Notes: generated by a model not told the origin, from the letters alone. A stretch of DNA of 64,000 nt from an uncultured Actinomycetota bacterium (GCA_963770565.1 CAVYQE010000001.1:960001-1024000), one strand, 5' to 3'; positions 20,438 to 31,483 are shown, counted from the stretch's first letter. Program-made: numbers and translations.

Positions 20438-21288
20438 GTGTGATGGGGAGGGAGCAGGTCTTGCCCCGCGACCTCGGCATCGAGATCGTCCTGCAGCGGC
20501 TGCCGGAAGGCCCGGCTGCGGCTGCCTCGTCCGCGCCGTTTCAGCGCGCGGGCCGACGCGATCGGGCGTTGCCGTTCCTCGTCGTCGCGGTGGTCGCCGA
20601 GGCGAGCGTGCTACTGCCGCCCGGCCCGCACTCGACGCTGGAGCTGGTGATCAGCCTTTGCCTGCTTGCCGCGGTGGTCGGATCTTTCTGGCTGCCATGG
20701 GAGCGGATCCCGGCGTGGGCGAGTGTGACGCTTCCGCTTGCCTACTTGGGTTCGACGCTTGCGCTGACGCTCTCGACCGGGCAGAGCGGGTCAGGTATCG
20801 GGATCGTGGTGCTGGTCCCACTGGTGTGGACCGCGCTGTTCCACCGGCTCTGGGAGTCGATCGTCGTCGTCGCCGGTGTGGTGGTCGTCGAGATCGTCAC
20901 AGCCTTGACACCGGTGCACCTGTCCAACACGGTCATTGCCCGTCGGTGCTTCTTCTGGAGTGTGCTCGGCGTACTGATCTCGGTGGCAATCCACGGCCTG
21001 CGGGAACGAGCCCGCAAGGCGCAGCAGGAGGCGATCGACCTGCAGGAGCAGATGCGCGACGCGGCGCTGATGGCCGATCGCGACCGGATCGGGGTGCGGC
21101 TGCACCATTCGACGATCCAGAGAATCAGCTCGGTCAGTCTCTACCTCGAAGGTACCAAGAACCTCACCGACCAGCAGCCGGTCAGCGAGCGTCTTGCTCG
21201 TGCCGTCTCTGACCTCGACGACACCGTTACTGAACTTCGGGTGGCAATCTTCGATCTGGATGCGGGTCCGCCCGACTCGACGACGTAG
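20434..21288 (+). CDS. Membrane protein with HisKA_3 (DosS-like DHp) domain and no ATPase domain
   Basis: 5-6 TM helices, then DRDRIGVRLHHSTIQRI...DLDDTVTELRVAIFDL and stop. Confidence 0.75.
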   Translation: MSVMGREQVLPRDLGIEIVLQRLPEGPAAAASSAPFQRAGRRDRALPFLVVAVVAEASVLLPPGPHSTLELVISLCLLAAVVGSFWLPWERIPAWASVTLPLAYLGSTLALTLSTGQSGSGIGIVVLVPLVWTALFHRLWESIVVVAGVVVVEIVTALTPVHLSNTVIARRCFFWSVLGVLISVAIHGLRERARKAQQEAIDLQEQMRDAALMADRDRIGVRLHHSTIQRISSVSLYLEGTKNLTDQQPVSERLARAVSDLDDTVTELRVAIFDLDAGPPDSTT

Positions 21289-21301
21289 CTGACGAGCAGC
21301 G

Positions 21302-22003
21302 CTAGTCGATCGTGTCCCGGGTTACGTCGTGGGCGAGGACTGCCGCCTGGGTCCTGCGCTCGAGGCCGAGCTTGGCCAGGATGTTCGAGACGTAGTTCTT
21401 CACGGTCTTCTCGGCGAGGAACATTCGTTCGCCGATCTGGCGGTTCGTCAGGCCCTCGCCGACGAGGTCGAGGACTTTGCGTTCCTGGTCGGACAGGGCG
21501 GACAGCCGATGCTGGCTGCGCCCGTGGGTGCGAAGTCGCTCCATGACCTGGTGGGTCGCGGTCGGGTCGAGCAACGAGCCGCCCGCGGCCACGATTCGCA
21601 CCGCGCCGATCAGGTCGGAGCCACGGATCTGCTTCAGTACGTAGCCCTGTGCGCCGGCGATGATCGCGTCGAGCATCGCCTCGTCGTCGGCAAACGAGGT
21701 CAGCATCAGGCAGGCGAGGTCCGGCATGGTGGAGCGGAGCTCACGGCAGGCGGTCACTCCACTTCCATCCGGCAAGCGGACGTCCAGGACGGCGACCTGC
21801 GGACGCACGACCGGTGCGCGGGCCAGGGCCTCGGCGACCGATGATGCCTCGCCGACGACGGTGATGTCGCCTTCGGCCTCGAGCATGTCCTTGACACCAC
21901 GCCGGACGACCTCGTGGTCGTCGAGGAGGAAGACCGTGATGGCCTCGCGCGCGCTACCGGTCGCAGTTTCGGCCGGCTCGGGGCTAGGCCTCGACCGTGA
22001 CAC
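21302..22003 (-). CDS. dosR: DosR/DevR-like NarL-family response regulator (copy 1)
   Basis: [33 protein letters not shown]...[11 protein letters not shown]. Confidence 0.85.
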   Translation of the reverse strand: MSRSRPSPEPAETATGSAREAITVFLLDDHEVVRRGVKDMLEAEGDITVVGEASSVAEALARAPVVRPQVAVLDVRLPDGSGVTACRELRSTMPDLACLMLTSFADDEAMLDAIIAGAQGYVLKQIRGSDLIGAVRIVAAGGSLLDPTATHQVMERLRTHGRSQHRLSALSDQERKVLDLVGEGLTNRQIGERMFLAEKTVKNYVSNILAKLGLERRTQAAVLAHDVTRDTID

Positions 22004-22439
22004 GGTTGTCGATCCGGGTGAGCCCTGGGAGGGAGACGACTGCGCGTTCGGCGGCGAGTCGCTCAGCCGGTGACGACACCTTGCCGGTCAGAGTCACGAC
22101 GTGATCCCGGACCTCGGCGACGACCGCGTCGATCGGTAGGTCAGGGGCGTGTTGAAGTGCCTTCTGGGCCGCATGGGCAAGCTCGGTGTCGGTCTCGCCG
22201 GCCGACTGGGCCGACCGTACGACGATGTCGTCCGCCACTGAGTGCACGCCCCACACCTCGAGGGAGGCCGCGTGTGCGACGTGCCGCTGCGCGTCGGTCG
22301 GGACCTGTCCGGTGAGTGTGACGGTGCCGTGGTCGGCCGAGACTCCGATGTGGGGTGCGTCGTGGCCGAGCGCGGTCCGCAGCGCGGCCTCGACCATGTC
22401 CTGAAGGACTTCGTCTGTAGGGTTCGCGATGTGTTCCAT
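21984..22439 (-). CDS. BON-domain protein (two BON repeats)
   Basis: GTVTLTGQV...GVHSVADDI; VVTLTGKV...GLTRIDNRV. Confidence 0.85.
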   Translation of the reverse strand: MEHIANPTDEVLQDMVEAALRTALGHDAPHIGVSADHGTVTLTGQVPTDAQRHVAHAASLEVWGVHSVADDIVVRSAQSAGETDTELAHAAQKALQHAPDLPIDAVVAEVRDHVVTLTGKVSSPAERLAAERAVVSLPGLTRIDNRVTVEA

Positions 22440-22472
22440 GCATCAACCGTCGCCGACCGTCCCAACCCGCGC

Positions 22473-22490
22473 TAGGGCCGATAGTCCTCA
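22473..22490. promoter_or_regulatory. DosR-box-like site
   Basis: TAGGGCCGATAGTCCTCA upstream of the BON-dosR pair. Confidence 0.7.
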
Positions 22491-22579
22491 GTTCTGCTGG
22501 GATGAGTCCCGAACCGAGGTACCGTAGACCTGCCGAGATCCCGCGCCTGCTGAAGCCCACTGCCTGGTCGCGAGGAATC

Positions 22580-23557
22580 ATGGCCGAACCTTCACCCGAA
22601 TACTCGTCCTACCTGCCCGCCACCGGCAGCTCGATTGCTGCGGGCCCACTGGCCGCCGCGGCCGCCCAAGTCTCGCTCCGGGGGATCGAACCGCACGTCG
22701 CCCTCGATACGCGGGTCGCCTTCGTCCAGCTGGGCGAGGTGACGCTGTGTGCGCTCGCGGTCGGCGCGGGCGCGACAATGCAGCTGCCCGGATCCGCCTG
22801 CTACCGCGTCGTACTGCCGATCGAAGGCCAGGCGCTTGCCCGGGTGATGGACCGCGGTTCGCGTTCGATCGACCCGGCCATGGGCCTGTGCGTATCGCCG
22901 CGCGACGATGTCGAGCTCACCTGCCACTATCGCTACAGCCACGTGGTCGTCTCCTTCCCGCCGGACCTCGTCCGCCGCGAGGTGGAGCGCCTCGGAGGCG
23001 GGCCGGTCGTTCAGCCGATCGAGTTCGAACCGGCGGTCGACCTCACCGCACCGGTGAGCCGGGCGTGGCGCGACGCGATCGCCGCGGTCGAGATCGGCTC
23101 CTATGCGGCCGGCGTGCTGGGCACGGTCGGTGCGCCTCCGCACCGGATCGAACACTGGCTGTTGACCCTCCTGGTCCGGGATCAACCGTTGCGGCACCCG
23201 GTCGGCGTACGACGACGGCCGGCCGGCATCGCAGGGCGGGTCATCGACGCCATCGAGCGAAGGCCCGAGCATCGTTGGACGGTTGATGAGCTCGCGGCGA
23301 CCGTTCCGTGCGGGGTCCGCACGCTGCAGACAAGCTTCCGTACGTCGACCGGTCTCTCTCCGACCGAGTACTTGCGTGGCGTCCGGCTTCAGCGGGTTCA
23401 CGACGAACTCGAAGGATCCGTGGCCGGACTGGCGACGGTAACGACCATCGCCATGAGTTGGGGCTTCACGCACATGGGTCGTTTCAGCGCTTCGTATCAC
23501 AAGCACTTTCGCGAGTATCCGAGCGAAACTCTGAAGGGTTCACACGAGGTGCACTAG
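22580..23557 (+). CDS. AraC-family regulator
   Basis: TVDELAA...RTLQTSFR...LRGVRL...WGFTHMGRFSASY. Confidence 0.88.
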   Translation: MAEPSPEYSSYLPATGSSIAAGPLAAAAAQVSLRGIEPHVALDTRVAFVQLGEVTLCALAVGAGATMQLPGSACYRVVLPIEGQALARVMDRGSRSIDPAMGLCVSPRDDVELTCHYRYSHVVVSFPPDLVRREVERLGGGPVVQPIEFEPAVDLTAPVSRAWRDAIAAVEIGSYAAGVLGTVGAPPHRIEHWLLTLLVRDQPLRHPVGVRRRPAGIAGRVIDAIERRPEHRWTVDELAATVPCGVRTLQTSFRTSTGLSPTEYLRGVRLQRVHDELEGSVAGLATVTTIAMSWGFTHMGRFSASYHKHFREYPSETLKGSHEVH

Positions 23558-23596
23558 AAGCAGTGCTCGGTCGTACCCGTCAGGGGATGCCGAGGG

Positions 23597-24463
23597 CTAG
23601 AGCCAGTTGCGGAGCATCGCTGTGGCAACCGCGGACGCTCGGTCGCGCGACTTGAGCTTGACGTGCGTGCGCTCGAGATAGGTCTTGATGGTCGAGACGG
23701 CGACGCCGAGCCGGCGGGCGATCTGCTCGTTGGTCGCTCCGCTAGCGACGTGCGTCAACACCTGGCGCTCGCGCGCGGTGAGCGGGTTAGCGGCCGCGAT
23801 TCCGAGCGTGCTGAGCAACTGGCCGAGATGGCCGACCACGGTGATGCCGGTGGTCGTCGACCGCAGGCTGACGTCGACCGAGCGCCCTGGATCGGTGAGC
23901 AGGATCACCCGCGCCCGCCGACCGGTGGACTGGCCGTCGTTGGCGAGCCGAAGGCATCGCGCGATCGCGTCGGCAGACGCCCTCGAGCCGTCGATGATCA
24001 CGAAGTCGATGGTCCTGAGCAGCTGCGAGAACGCGCGGCCGCCGCTGACCGCCGATCGGTCGCCTTGAGTCGGTGTGATCACCATCGACGGGATGCCCGC
24101 CTCGGCCAGGAGATGCGAAGTGCAGGCCGAGACACCGCGGCTGGCCGCGGACAGGATGCAGGCCTGCCAGATCGGACGGCTGCGCGTCGCCGGCCGCAGG
24201 CGCGCCACCAACCGGACCAGGCTGTCGTCGAGCTCAGCTTCGACCAGGGAGTCTGCGTCCGGCTGGCTCGCCACCTGCGCGATGCCCAGTCGCAACTGCT
24301 CGTAGATCCCCACCAGGGGCTGACCGGTCCGCAGGGCCAGATGGATCATCAGATCAGTGGTCTGCTCGTCAACGCTGAGAAACGTGGTGAGCACCGTCGG
24401 GGGCGCCTCGATCGGCGCGCACACGGGCTCGACGAGGGGCGTCACTACATGAAGCGATGTCAT
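23597..24463 (-). CDS. LuxR-HTH regulator with unrecognised N-terminal region
   Basis: LTARERQVL...GATNEQIARRLGVAVSTIKTY. Confidence 0.8.
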   Translation of the reverse strand: MTSLHVVTPLVEPVCAPIEAPPTVLTTFLSVDEQTTDLMIHLALRTGQPLVGIYEQLRLGIAQVASQPDADSLVEAELDDSLVRLVARLRPATRSRPIWQACILSAASRGVSACTSHLLAEAGIPSMVITPTQGDRSAVSGGRAFSQLLRTIDFVIIDGSRASADAIARCLRLANDGQSTGRRARVILLTDPGRSVDVSLRSTTTGITVVGHLGQLLSTLGIAAANPLTARERQVLTHVASGATNEQIARRLGVAVSTIKTYLERTHVKLKSRDRASAVATAMLRNWL

Positions 24464-24673
24464 TTGCGCACGACCTTGTCAACCGAGGGGAATTCGGGCG
24501 GGGTCGTGGCCAGCGGTTCTCGACGCGAGAGTGGGTCGTACCAAACCACGACCGGTGGCTTCGCCGATATGCGGATTCCGAACCTCGCTATCCGTTCAGC
24601 GAATGAATGCAGGTATTTCTCCTGTTATCGGGCTAATAATCCCGTCATGCCGACCCGTACGCGCCTCACGCGG

Positions 24674-25564
24674 TTAGCGGGGGAGTGCCTCGTGGTTCCG
24701 GATCGGGTCGGCGTGCGGGACCACCACGACCGGCACCTTGGACTGCGAGGTGAGGGTCCGTACGACCGAGCGTCCGAGCCGACGACCTGGGCTGTGCGTG
24801 CCGATGACGAGCATTGCGTTGTTGTCGATCGCCAGCTCGAGCAGTCGGTGCCCGGCCGGTCCGGTCTCGCTCGAACAGACCACGGTCGTCGAAGCCGACG
24901 GCAGATGCATCCGAACCCAGTTGCTGAGCGACACCTCGTCAGGATCGGCGGGCCGACCGTCTCGACTCGGGGTCCGAACCTCGACCGCAAGAACGGTGAT
25001 GCCGCGAAGGTCGGCTTCCTTGGCGGCCCAGTGCAGCGCATCGATCGACGCGGTCGATCGGTCCAGCCCGCAGACCAACCGGCTCGGCGACGGAGACTGC
25101 GCGGCCGGCGGCACGAGGATCACCGGGCAGTGGGCGTGGCGGACGACCTCCCGAGGCACGGTGTCGAGCAGCGCGGCGGTAGTCGCATGATTCGTGGTCA
25201 CGCCCAGGACAAGGAGCAGCGCCGAGCGCGACGCGACGATCAACTCCTCCGCGATCGGCGCGGTGGTAACCCGGGCGTCGATGTGCTCGAGGTCCGGTGC
25301 CACCTCGTGCGCGATCGCGGTGACCCGCGACACCGCTGCGTGTCGCCGTTCTTCCGCGCTCTCGATGCTGCCGAAGACCTCCGGTGCCTCCGCTCCGACC
25401 AGCTTGTGGACGACGACCAGCGGGGCTCCGCGGAGCCGGGCCTCGGCGGCGCCGGTCCGCAGTGCATTGGTGCCGGCCGGGCCCTCGAGGTAACCGACGA
25501 TGACCGGACGCGGTCGACTCAGGGCATGAAGTTCGAGTGGGCTCGGCTTCGCCACGTGCGTCAT
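24674..25564 (-). CDS. Tandem-domain universal stress protein
   Basis: VIVGY...EARLRG, HAHCPVILVP, VCGLDRS...HWAAKEA, GRSV...VPVVVVP. Confidence 0.88.
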   Translation of the reverse strand: MTHVAKPSPLELHALSRPRPVIVGYLEGPAGTNALRTGAAEARLRGAPLVVVHKLVGAEAPEVFGSIESAEERRHAAVSRVTAIAHEVAPDLEHIDARVTTAPIAEELIVASRSALLLVLGVTTNHATTAALLDTVPREVVRHAHCPVILVPPAAQSPSPSRLVCGLDRSTASIDALHWAAKEADLRGITVLAVEVRTPSRDGRPADPDEVSLSNWVRMHLPSASTTVVCSSETGPAGHRLLELAIDNNAMLVIGTHSPGRRLGRSVVRTLTSQSKVPVVVVPHADPIRNHEALPR

Positions 25565-25598
25565 TCCTCAATCCTGGGGATTGAGCCAGCGTCGTGAG

Positions 25599-25616
25599 TA
25601 GAGTCCTTGGTCCCTT
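25599..25616. promoter_or_regulatory. DosR-box-like site
   Basis: TAGAGTCCTTGGTCCCTT upstream of the usp gene. Confidence 0.6.
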
Positions 25617-25627
25617 TGTGGCTGGCG

Positions 25628-26569
25628 TCAGACCGTTTCGAGCGCCTGAGCCACGACTGCGGGCCTACTGATGATCGTGCCCGCTTCGCCGGCGAGGATG
25701 CGGTCGGCATCCTCCATCGCGCCGATCGCGGCGATACCGCCGGTGAGTTCCACGAACCGACAGGCGGCTTCGACCTTCGGCCCCATCGAGCCGGCCGGGA
25801 ACCCTTCGCTCCGGAGCTCGTTGGGCGTCGTCGTACCGATCGGCTGTGCGGCTGGGGTGCCGAAGCCGCGCACCACGTTGGGGACGTCGGTGAGGAGCAC
25901 CAACGCGTCGAGCTCGAGGGTGCGCGCCAGCAGTTCAGCGGTGAGGTCCTTGTCGACCACTGCCTCGACGCCGCGCAGATGACCGGTGGACTGGTCCCGG
26001 ACGACCGGCACCCCGCCGCCGCCCGCGCACACGACCAGGCTGCCCGCCGCGACCAAGGTCCGGATGGACGCCGTTTCGATGATCTGCTGCGGCTGTGGTG
26101 AGGCCACCACTCGCCGCCAGGCGTTGCCGTCGGGTCGCACCGTCCAACCGCGGTCCGCGGCGATCGAGTTCGCCTCGTCCTCGGAGTAGGTGGGACCGAC
26201 GAACTTCGTCGGCCGGTCGAATGCCGGGTCGTCGGCGTTGACCAGGGTCTGCGTCAGCAAGGTCGCGACCTGCCGGTCCGGCAGCTCGTTCTGCAGCGCC
26301 TGGGTGAGGATGTAGCCGATCATTCCCTGGGTCTGGGCGTCGAGGACGTCGAGCGGGTAGGGCCGGCTGAGGCCGGGATCCGACGCACTCTCCAGGGCCA
26401 GCATTCCGACCTGTGGGCCGTTGCCGTGGGTGATCACCACCTGGTGGGTGCGCGCGACGCGGGCGATCGCCGCCGCAGCCTTCGTGACGTTGAACTGCTG
26501 CACGTCGGCGTCCGGCCGCTCACCACGGTGAAGCAGCGCGTTTCCGCCGAGCGCGATGAGTACGCGCAT
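25628..26569 (-). CDS. arcC: Carbamate kinase
   Basis: IALGGNALL, THGNGPQVG, PTKFVGP, RRVVASP, VVDKD, GSMGPKV. Confidence 0.95.
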   Translation of the reverse strand: MRVLIALGGNALLHRGERPDADVQQFNVTKAAAAIARVARTHQVVITHGNGPQVGMLALESASDPGLSRPYPLDVLDAQTQGMIGYILTQALQNELPDRQVATLLTQTLVNADDPAFDRPTKFVGPTYSEDEANSIAADRGWTVRPDGNAWRRVVASPQPQQIIETASIRTLVAAGSLVVCAGGGGVPVVRDQSTGHLRGVEAVVDKDLTAELLARTLELDALVLLTDVPNVVRGFGTPAAQPIGTTTPNELRSEGFPAGSMGPKVEAACRFVELTGGIAAIGAMEDADRILAGEAGTIISRPAVVAQALETV

Positions 26570-26574
26570 CAGGC

Positions 26575-27576
26575 TCAGTCTCCAAGGGTTGCGACGAGGA
26601 TCGCCTTGATCGAGTGCAGCCGGTTCTCGGCCTGATCGAAGACGATGGATTCGGGCCCCTCGAAGACGTCCTCGGTGACCTCGAGCGCCTCGAGGCCGTG
26701 CGCCTTGTAGAGCTCCTCGCCGATGACGGTCTGCCGGTTGTGGAACGCCGGCAGGCAGTGCATGACCTTGGTTGAAGGGTTGCCCGTCGCCGCGACGGTC
26801 TTGGCGTTGATCTGGTAGGGCAGCAGCTCCGCGATTCTCTGGGTCCACGCCTCGGCCGGCTCACCCATCGACACCCAGACGTCGGTGTAGAGGAAGTCGG
26901 CGCCGGCGACTGCCGCATCGACGTCGTCGGAGATCAGGATGCGCGCGCCGCTGGCTGCCGCGAGGCTCTGGCAGGTCGCGATGTGATCGGCGTCCGGCCA
27001 TCGGTCCCGGGGCGCCGCGAGCCTGACGTCCATGCCGAGAATGGCGCCGATCGCGAGCAACGAGTTGCCCATGTTGTTACGCGCGTCGCCGAGATAGCAG
27101 TACGCGATCTCCTCGAGCGGTTTGCGGCTGTGCTCGGTCATGGTGAAGACGTCGCACAACGTCTGAGTGGGGTGGAAGCTGTCGGTCAACCCGTTGTAGA
27201 CCGGGACACCTGCGTACGCCGCGAGCTCCTCGACCGTCGCCTGGGCGAAGCCCCGGTATTCGATCGCGTCATACATACGACCGAGGACCCGGGCGGTGTC
27301 GCGCATCGACTCCTTGTGCCCGATCTGCGTACCGCTCGGCCCGAGGTAGGTGGGCCAGGCGCCCTGGTCGACCGCCGCGACCTCGAACGCGCACCGCGTA
27401 CGGGTCGAGGTCTTCTCGAAGATCAGCGCGATGTTCTTGCCCGACAGGTGCTGGCGCTCGGTGCCGGCGTACTTCGCCGCCTTGAGCTCGCCGGTGAGCC
27501 GGAGCAGGAACCGCAGCTCGTCCGCGGTGTAGTCGAGTTCCTTGAGGAAGTGGCGGTTACGAAGGTTGACGGGCAT
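26575..27576 (-). CDS. arcB: Ornithine carbamoyltransferase (catabolic context)
   Basis: [30 protein letters not shown]. Confidence 0.95.
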   Translation of the reverse strand: MPVNLRNRHFLKELDYTADELRFLLRLTGELKAAKYAGTERQHLSGKNIALIFEKTSTRTRCAFEVAAVDQGAWPTYLGPSGTQIGHKESMRDTARVLGRMYDAIEYRGFAQATVEELAAYAGVPVYNGLTDSFHPTQTLCDVFTMTEHSRKPLEEIAYCYLGDARNNMGNSLLAIGAILGMDVRLAAPRDRWPDADHIATCQSLAAASGARILISDDVDAAVAGADFLYTDVWVSMGEPAEAWTQRIAELLPYQINAKTVAATGNPSTKVMHCLPAFHNRQTVIGEELYKAHGLEALEVTEDVFEGPESIVFDQAENRLHSIKAILVATLGD

Positions 27577-27640
27577 TGCTGGTCAGTCCTTTCGGTGCTT
27601 CGGCCCGGTGGCCGGGAAGCCCATCGATTGCTGCGACCGG

Positions 27641-28885
27641 TTACAAGGAGTCCCGCTGGATCGGGCAGGTCATGCACCGAGGGCCTCCGCGGCCGCGGCC
27701 GAGCTCGCTGCCCGCCACCGAAACCACCTCGATGCCGTGTTTGCGCAGCATCGTATTGGTTGCGACGTTGCGCTCGTACCCGAACGCCACTCCGGGGGCG
27801 ACCGCGAGGAAGTTCGTGCCGTCGTCCCACTGCTCCCGCTCCGCGGCACGGACGTCTTCGTCGGTCGTCAGGACAGTGACCTTGTCGACATCGAGCACCT
27901 CGGCGAGGGTCGACCACAGATCGTCGTTCCGGGCGACGTGCAGCCCGGTGGGGTCGTCGGCCCGGGTGATGGTCCAGGACCGTGGCTTGCGGGTGAAGTA
28001 TGGGTAGAGCACGAAGGTCGATCGGTCGATCATCGTCATCGCCGTGTCGAGGTGCATCATCGCGTGCGACTTCGGCAGCTCGACCGCGATCACGGTGTCG
28101 GCTTGATCGTTGTCGAAGAGGGACCGGGTGAGAATCTCGGCTGCCATCGCGGTAGTTCGCTCGCCCATCCCGATCATCACGGCTCGGTGTCCAAGGACGT
28201 GGACATCGCCGCCCTCGATCGATGCGGGAAGGTGCGGGAGGTCGTCGTCACCGTAGTAGACGATGAAGTCGCGATCGGCGAACAGCGGGTGGTAGCGGTA
28301 GATCGCCCGGCTGTTCAGGGTTTCGCGCTGACGGGCGGGCTTGGCCATCGGGTTGATCGACACCCCGCCGTAGACCCAGCACGAGTTGTCCCGTTGAAAG
28401 AGGTGATTTGGCAACGGGGTCAGCACGAAGTCGTCCTCGCTCAGGGTGTCCCAGTGGAGGGAGTGCATCCGCAGCGGCTGGAGGTCGGCCTTCAACACGC
28501 CACCGACCAGGAAGTCGGCCAGCGTGCGACCGTCGAGGTCGTCGAACAACTGGCGGACCGGCTTGAGGAGAGATGGGCCCAGCGTCTCGGGCGTGCACAG
28601 CCGGTCGAGAACGAACTGCCGCGCGGCCGGGATCTCCAGCGTCTCGCCGAGCAGCTGGCCGAAGTAGTGCACCTCCACGCCGTGCTCGCGAAGCGATTCA
28701 GCGAAAGCGTCGTGCTCTTCCTTCGCTCTGGAAGCCCACAGCACGTCGTCGAAGAGCAGCTCACCGATGTTCTGAGGGGTGAGCCGGGACAGTTCGAGAC
28801 CCGGGCGATGCAGGATCGCCTGTCGGAGCTGACCCACTTCGGATCCGACGAACCATCGGTTGTCGACGCTCTTGACGGGGAGCAT
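27641..28885 (-). CDS. arcA: Arginine deiminase
   Basis: [36 protein letters not shown]. Confidence 0.96.
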   Translation of the reverse strand: MLPVKSVDNRWFVGSEVGQLRQAILHRPGLELSRLTPQNIGELLFDDVLWASRAKEEHDAFAESLREHGVEVHYFGQLLGETLEIPAARQFVLDRLCTPETLGPSLLKPVRQLFDDLDGRTLADFLVGGVLKADLQPLRMHSLHWDTLSEDDFVLTPLPNHLFQRDNSCWVYGGVSINPMAKPARQRETLNSRAIYRYHPLFADRDFIVYYGDDDLPHLPASIEGGDVHVLGHRAVMIGMGERTTAMAAEILTRSLFDNDQADTVIAVELPKSHAMMHLDTAMTMIDRSTFVLYPYFTRKPRSWTITRADDPTGLHVARNDDLWSTLAEVLDVDKVTVLTTDEDVRAAEREQWDDGTNFLAVAPGVAFGYERNVATNTMLRKHGIEVVSVAGSELGRGRGGPRCMTCPIQRDSL

Positions 28886-28970
28886 TTTCGCCTCCAGTGA
28901 TCGGCGTCGGACATCTACCGGCGCGCAACATCTTTCGGTCTTCAGCGTGCGTCGGATCCCGTTGGCACGG

Positions 28971-28988
28971 TAGGGGCTTCGGTCCCAA
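28971..28988. promoter_or_regulatory. DosR-box-like site
   Basis: TAGGGGCTTCGGTCCCAA between the divergent arcA and permease genes; weaker sites near 29045-29082. Confidence 0.75.
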
Positions 28989-29167
28989 CCCGCGCGGGGC
29001 TTTCGGCGGTGCAGGCGTGGGCGTGCCGATCGGCGGTCCGGAGGGCGACCAACGGCCCATGCAGACAGGACCTCCTGCCCTGTTTCCACCTGGCGAGTTT
29101 CCGGAGCATGGATGGTGACAGATCTAACGGATGCACCAACGAGGGAAAGTAGGGGTGGGTGGGTCTC

Positions 29168-30634
29168 ATGGCCGACACCGTGGTTCGCACAGAACGACCA
29201 ACCGGCGCAGTCGCGTCGGAGCCAAAGGGTTCAAAGGAATCGGTGGCCACCCAGCGAGCCCGCGCCTTAGGGCTTCCATCCGCCACCGCGTTGGTGGTCG
29301 GAAGCATCATCGGTACTGGTGTGTTCACGATGCCTGCTGTGATGGCGGGCGCGGGCACCAGTTCACTGCTGACCCTCGGCGTCGTTGCCGTCGGAGCCGT
29401 GCTGCTCGGCACCATGTTCGGTCAGCTCACTAAGCGGATCCCGAACAACGACGGCGGGCTTTACGCCTACGCCCGGCACGAGTTCGGTGACTTCGCCGGT
29501 TACCTGACCGCGTGGTGCTACTGGATCACCGCTTGGGCCGGCAACGCAGCAATCGTGTCCTCCTGGGTCTTCTACGTCGAGTCGTTCTTCTCGATCACGA
29601 ACCCGTCCGCATGGACGAACTTCGGGATCGCCATGACCGGCCTTTGGATCCCGGCGGCCATCAACCTGGTCGGCATCCGGCAGATGGCGTGGTTCCAGAA
29701 CCTCACCGTGATCCTGAAGTTCCTGCCGCTCGTGCTGATCGGCGTGGTCGGCTGGTTCTTCGTCTCCGCGTCCAACTTCGGTCCGTTCAACGCCACCGGC
29801 GGAAGCCTTTACAGCGGCGTCGGCATCGCGGCCGGTGTGGCGCTGTTCTCCTTCATCGGTGTCGAGTGCGCCTCGATCGCTGCGGGCCGGGTCAAGGACC
29901 CGCGCCGCAACGTCGGCCGTGCCTCGGTTCTCGGTACCGCGGCCAGCGCGCTGCTGTACATGTTGGTCACCGCAGTCGTGATGGGGCTGGTGTCACACCA
30001 CAGCCTGAGCGGCAACGGCGCTCCGTTCGTCAACGCCTTCCAGACGATGTTCGGTCACGCCCAATGGGTCGGGAAGCTCGTTGCCGGCACCGCGGTCGTC
30101 TCCGGTATCGGTGCTCTCAACGGCTGGACGATGGTCACGGCCGAGATGCCGTGGGCAGCCGCCAAGGACGGTCTGTTCCTGCCGCAGTTCGCCAAGGTGA
30201 ACCGCGACGGCACCCCGTGGTTCGGCATCCTGGTCTCGACCTTCGTCGCCTCTGCGCTGATGGCTTTCGCCTACAGCGGCAACACCGGCCTGAAGGTCTT
30301 CACCTACCTGGTCGACCTGTCGGTCGTCACGGTCGCGATCCCGTACTTCTTCTCGGCTTGCGCCCAGCTCGCCTACCTGGTGTCCCGCCGCCGCAAGGTC
30401 GTCGGTGTGGTGCTGGTCCGTGACCTGGCCATCGCTGGAGCGAGCGTGCTGTTCTCGCTCTGGGTGACCTTCGCCGCCGGCTACCAGGCCGTCTACCAGG
30501 CAATGCTGCTGGTGCTCGTCGGCCTGCCGATCTACGCCTTCCTGAAGGCTCGCCGTGAGCGGATGGGAGACGCGGAGGAACCGGTCGAGGCGCCAAGCGA
30601 CCTCACCGGAGTTCCACAGGCAGTCACCAACTGA
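29168..30634 (+). CDS. APC-family amino acid permease, probable arginine/ornithine antiporter
   Basis: [22 protein letters not shown], ~12 TM; divergent from arcABC. Confidence 0.88.
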   Translation: MADTVVRTERPTGAVASEPKGSKESVATQRARALGLPSATALVVGSIIGTGVFTMPAVMAGAGTSSLLTLGVVAVGAVLLGTMFGQLTKRIPNNDGGLYAYARHEFGDFAGYLTAWCYWITAWAGNAAIVSSWVFYVESFFSITNPSAWTNFGIAMTGLWIPAAINLVGIRQMAWFQNLTVILKFLPLVLIGVVGWFFVSASNFGPFNATGGSLYSGVGIAAGVALFSFIGVECASIAAGRVKDPRRNVGRASVLGTAASALLYMLVTAVVMGLVSHHSLSGNGAPFVNAFQTMFGHAQWVGKLVAGTAVVSGIGALNGWTMVTAEMPWAAAKDGLFLPQFAKVNRDGTPWFGILVSTFVASALMAFAYSGNTGLKVFTYLVDLSVVTVAIPYFFSACAQLAYLVSRRRKVVGVVLVRDLAIAGASVLFSLWVTFAAGYQAVYQAMLLVLVGLPIYAFLKARRERMGDAEEPVEAPSDLTGVPQAVTN

Positions 30635-30645
30635 GCGAAATGGAG

Positions 30646-30681
30646 GGCCGGCGACCAGGGCGAACAACCTGGTTGCCGGCC
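30646..30681 (+). terminator. Stem-loop between the permease and ddaH
   Basis: GGCCGGCGACCAGG-N8-CCTGGTTGCCGGCC. Confidence 0.6.
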
Positions 30682-30709
30682 ATTTGCTACGTAATGATCG
30701 GGAGTTGAC

Positions 30710-31483
30710 ATGACCAAAGCATTGGTACGCCGGCCCGGCCCCCGGCTCGACGAGGGAATCGTCACGCATATCGCGAGGAGTCCGGTCGACCTGACCCTGG
30801 CCCAGCGGCAGTGGAGCGACTACGTCGCCACGATGGGAAGCGCCGGCTGGGAGACCATCGAGGTTCCTGAGGCGGTCGACTGCCCGGACGCAGTCTTCGT
30901 CGAGGACACGGTCGTCGTTTACAAGAACGTTGCGGTGATCACCCGCCCGGGCGCCGACGCGCGCAAGCCGGAGGTGGCAGACACCGAGAAGATGGTCGAG
31001 GCGCTCGGCTACTCGGTCAACCGGATCCGCCCCCCGGGCACGCTCGACGGCGGCGATGTGTTGAAGGTCGGGGACACCATCTATGTCGGGCGGGGTGGCC
31101 GGACCAACGGCGAGGGTATCCGCCAGTTCCGCGAGCTCCTCGAGCCGCTGGGCGCCAACGTGATCGCGGTCCCGATCACCAAGGTCCTGCACCTGAAGTC
31201 AGCGGTCACCGCACTTCCGGACGGCTCGATCGTCGGCTACCCCCCGCTCGTCGACGACGCGACCTTCTACCCGCACTTCCGCGCGGTCCCGGAGGAGTCC
31301 GGTGCGCACGTGGTCCTGCTGGGTGGCAACCGGCTGCTCATGGCCGCAGACTGCCCGGCCAGTGCCGAGCTCTACACCGACCTCGGATACGAGCCGGTCA
31401 TCGTCGACATCAGCGAGTTCCAGAAGCTCGAGGGCTGCGTCACCTGCCTGTCGGTCCGCCTACGCGGACTGCCCGGCGCCTGA
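30710..31483 (+). CDS. ddaH: Dimethylarginine dimethylaminohydrolase
   Basis: PDAVFVED, LDGGDVL, LHLKS, KLEGCVTCLS. Confidence 0.92.
   Translation: MTKALVRRPGPRLDEGIVTHIARSPVDLTLAQRQWSDYVATMGSAGWETIEVPEAVDCPDAVFVEDTVVVYKNVAVITRPGADARKPEVADTEKMVEALGYSVNRIRPPGTLDGGDVLKVGDTIYVGRGGRTNGEGIRQFRELLEPLGANVIAVPITKVLHLKSAVTALPDGSIVGYPPLVDDATFYPHFRAVPEESGAHVVLLGGNRLLMAADCPASAELYTDLGYEPVIVDISEFQKLEGCVTCLSVRLRGLPGA

Noticed and set aside
23663-25597. 644-aa plus-strand ORF
   Set aside because: Antisense to the LuxR and Usp genes, with low-complexity composition.
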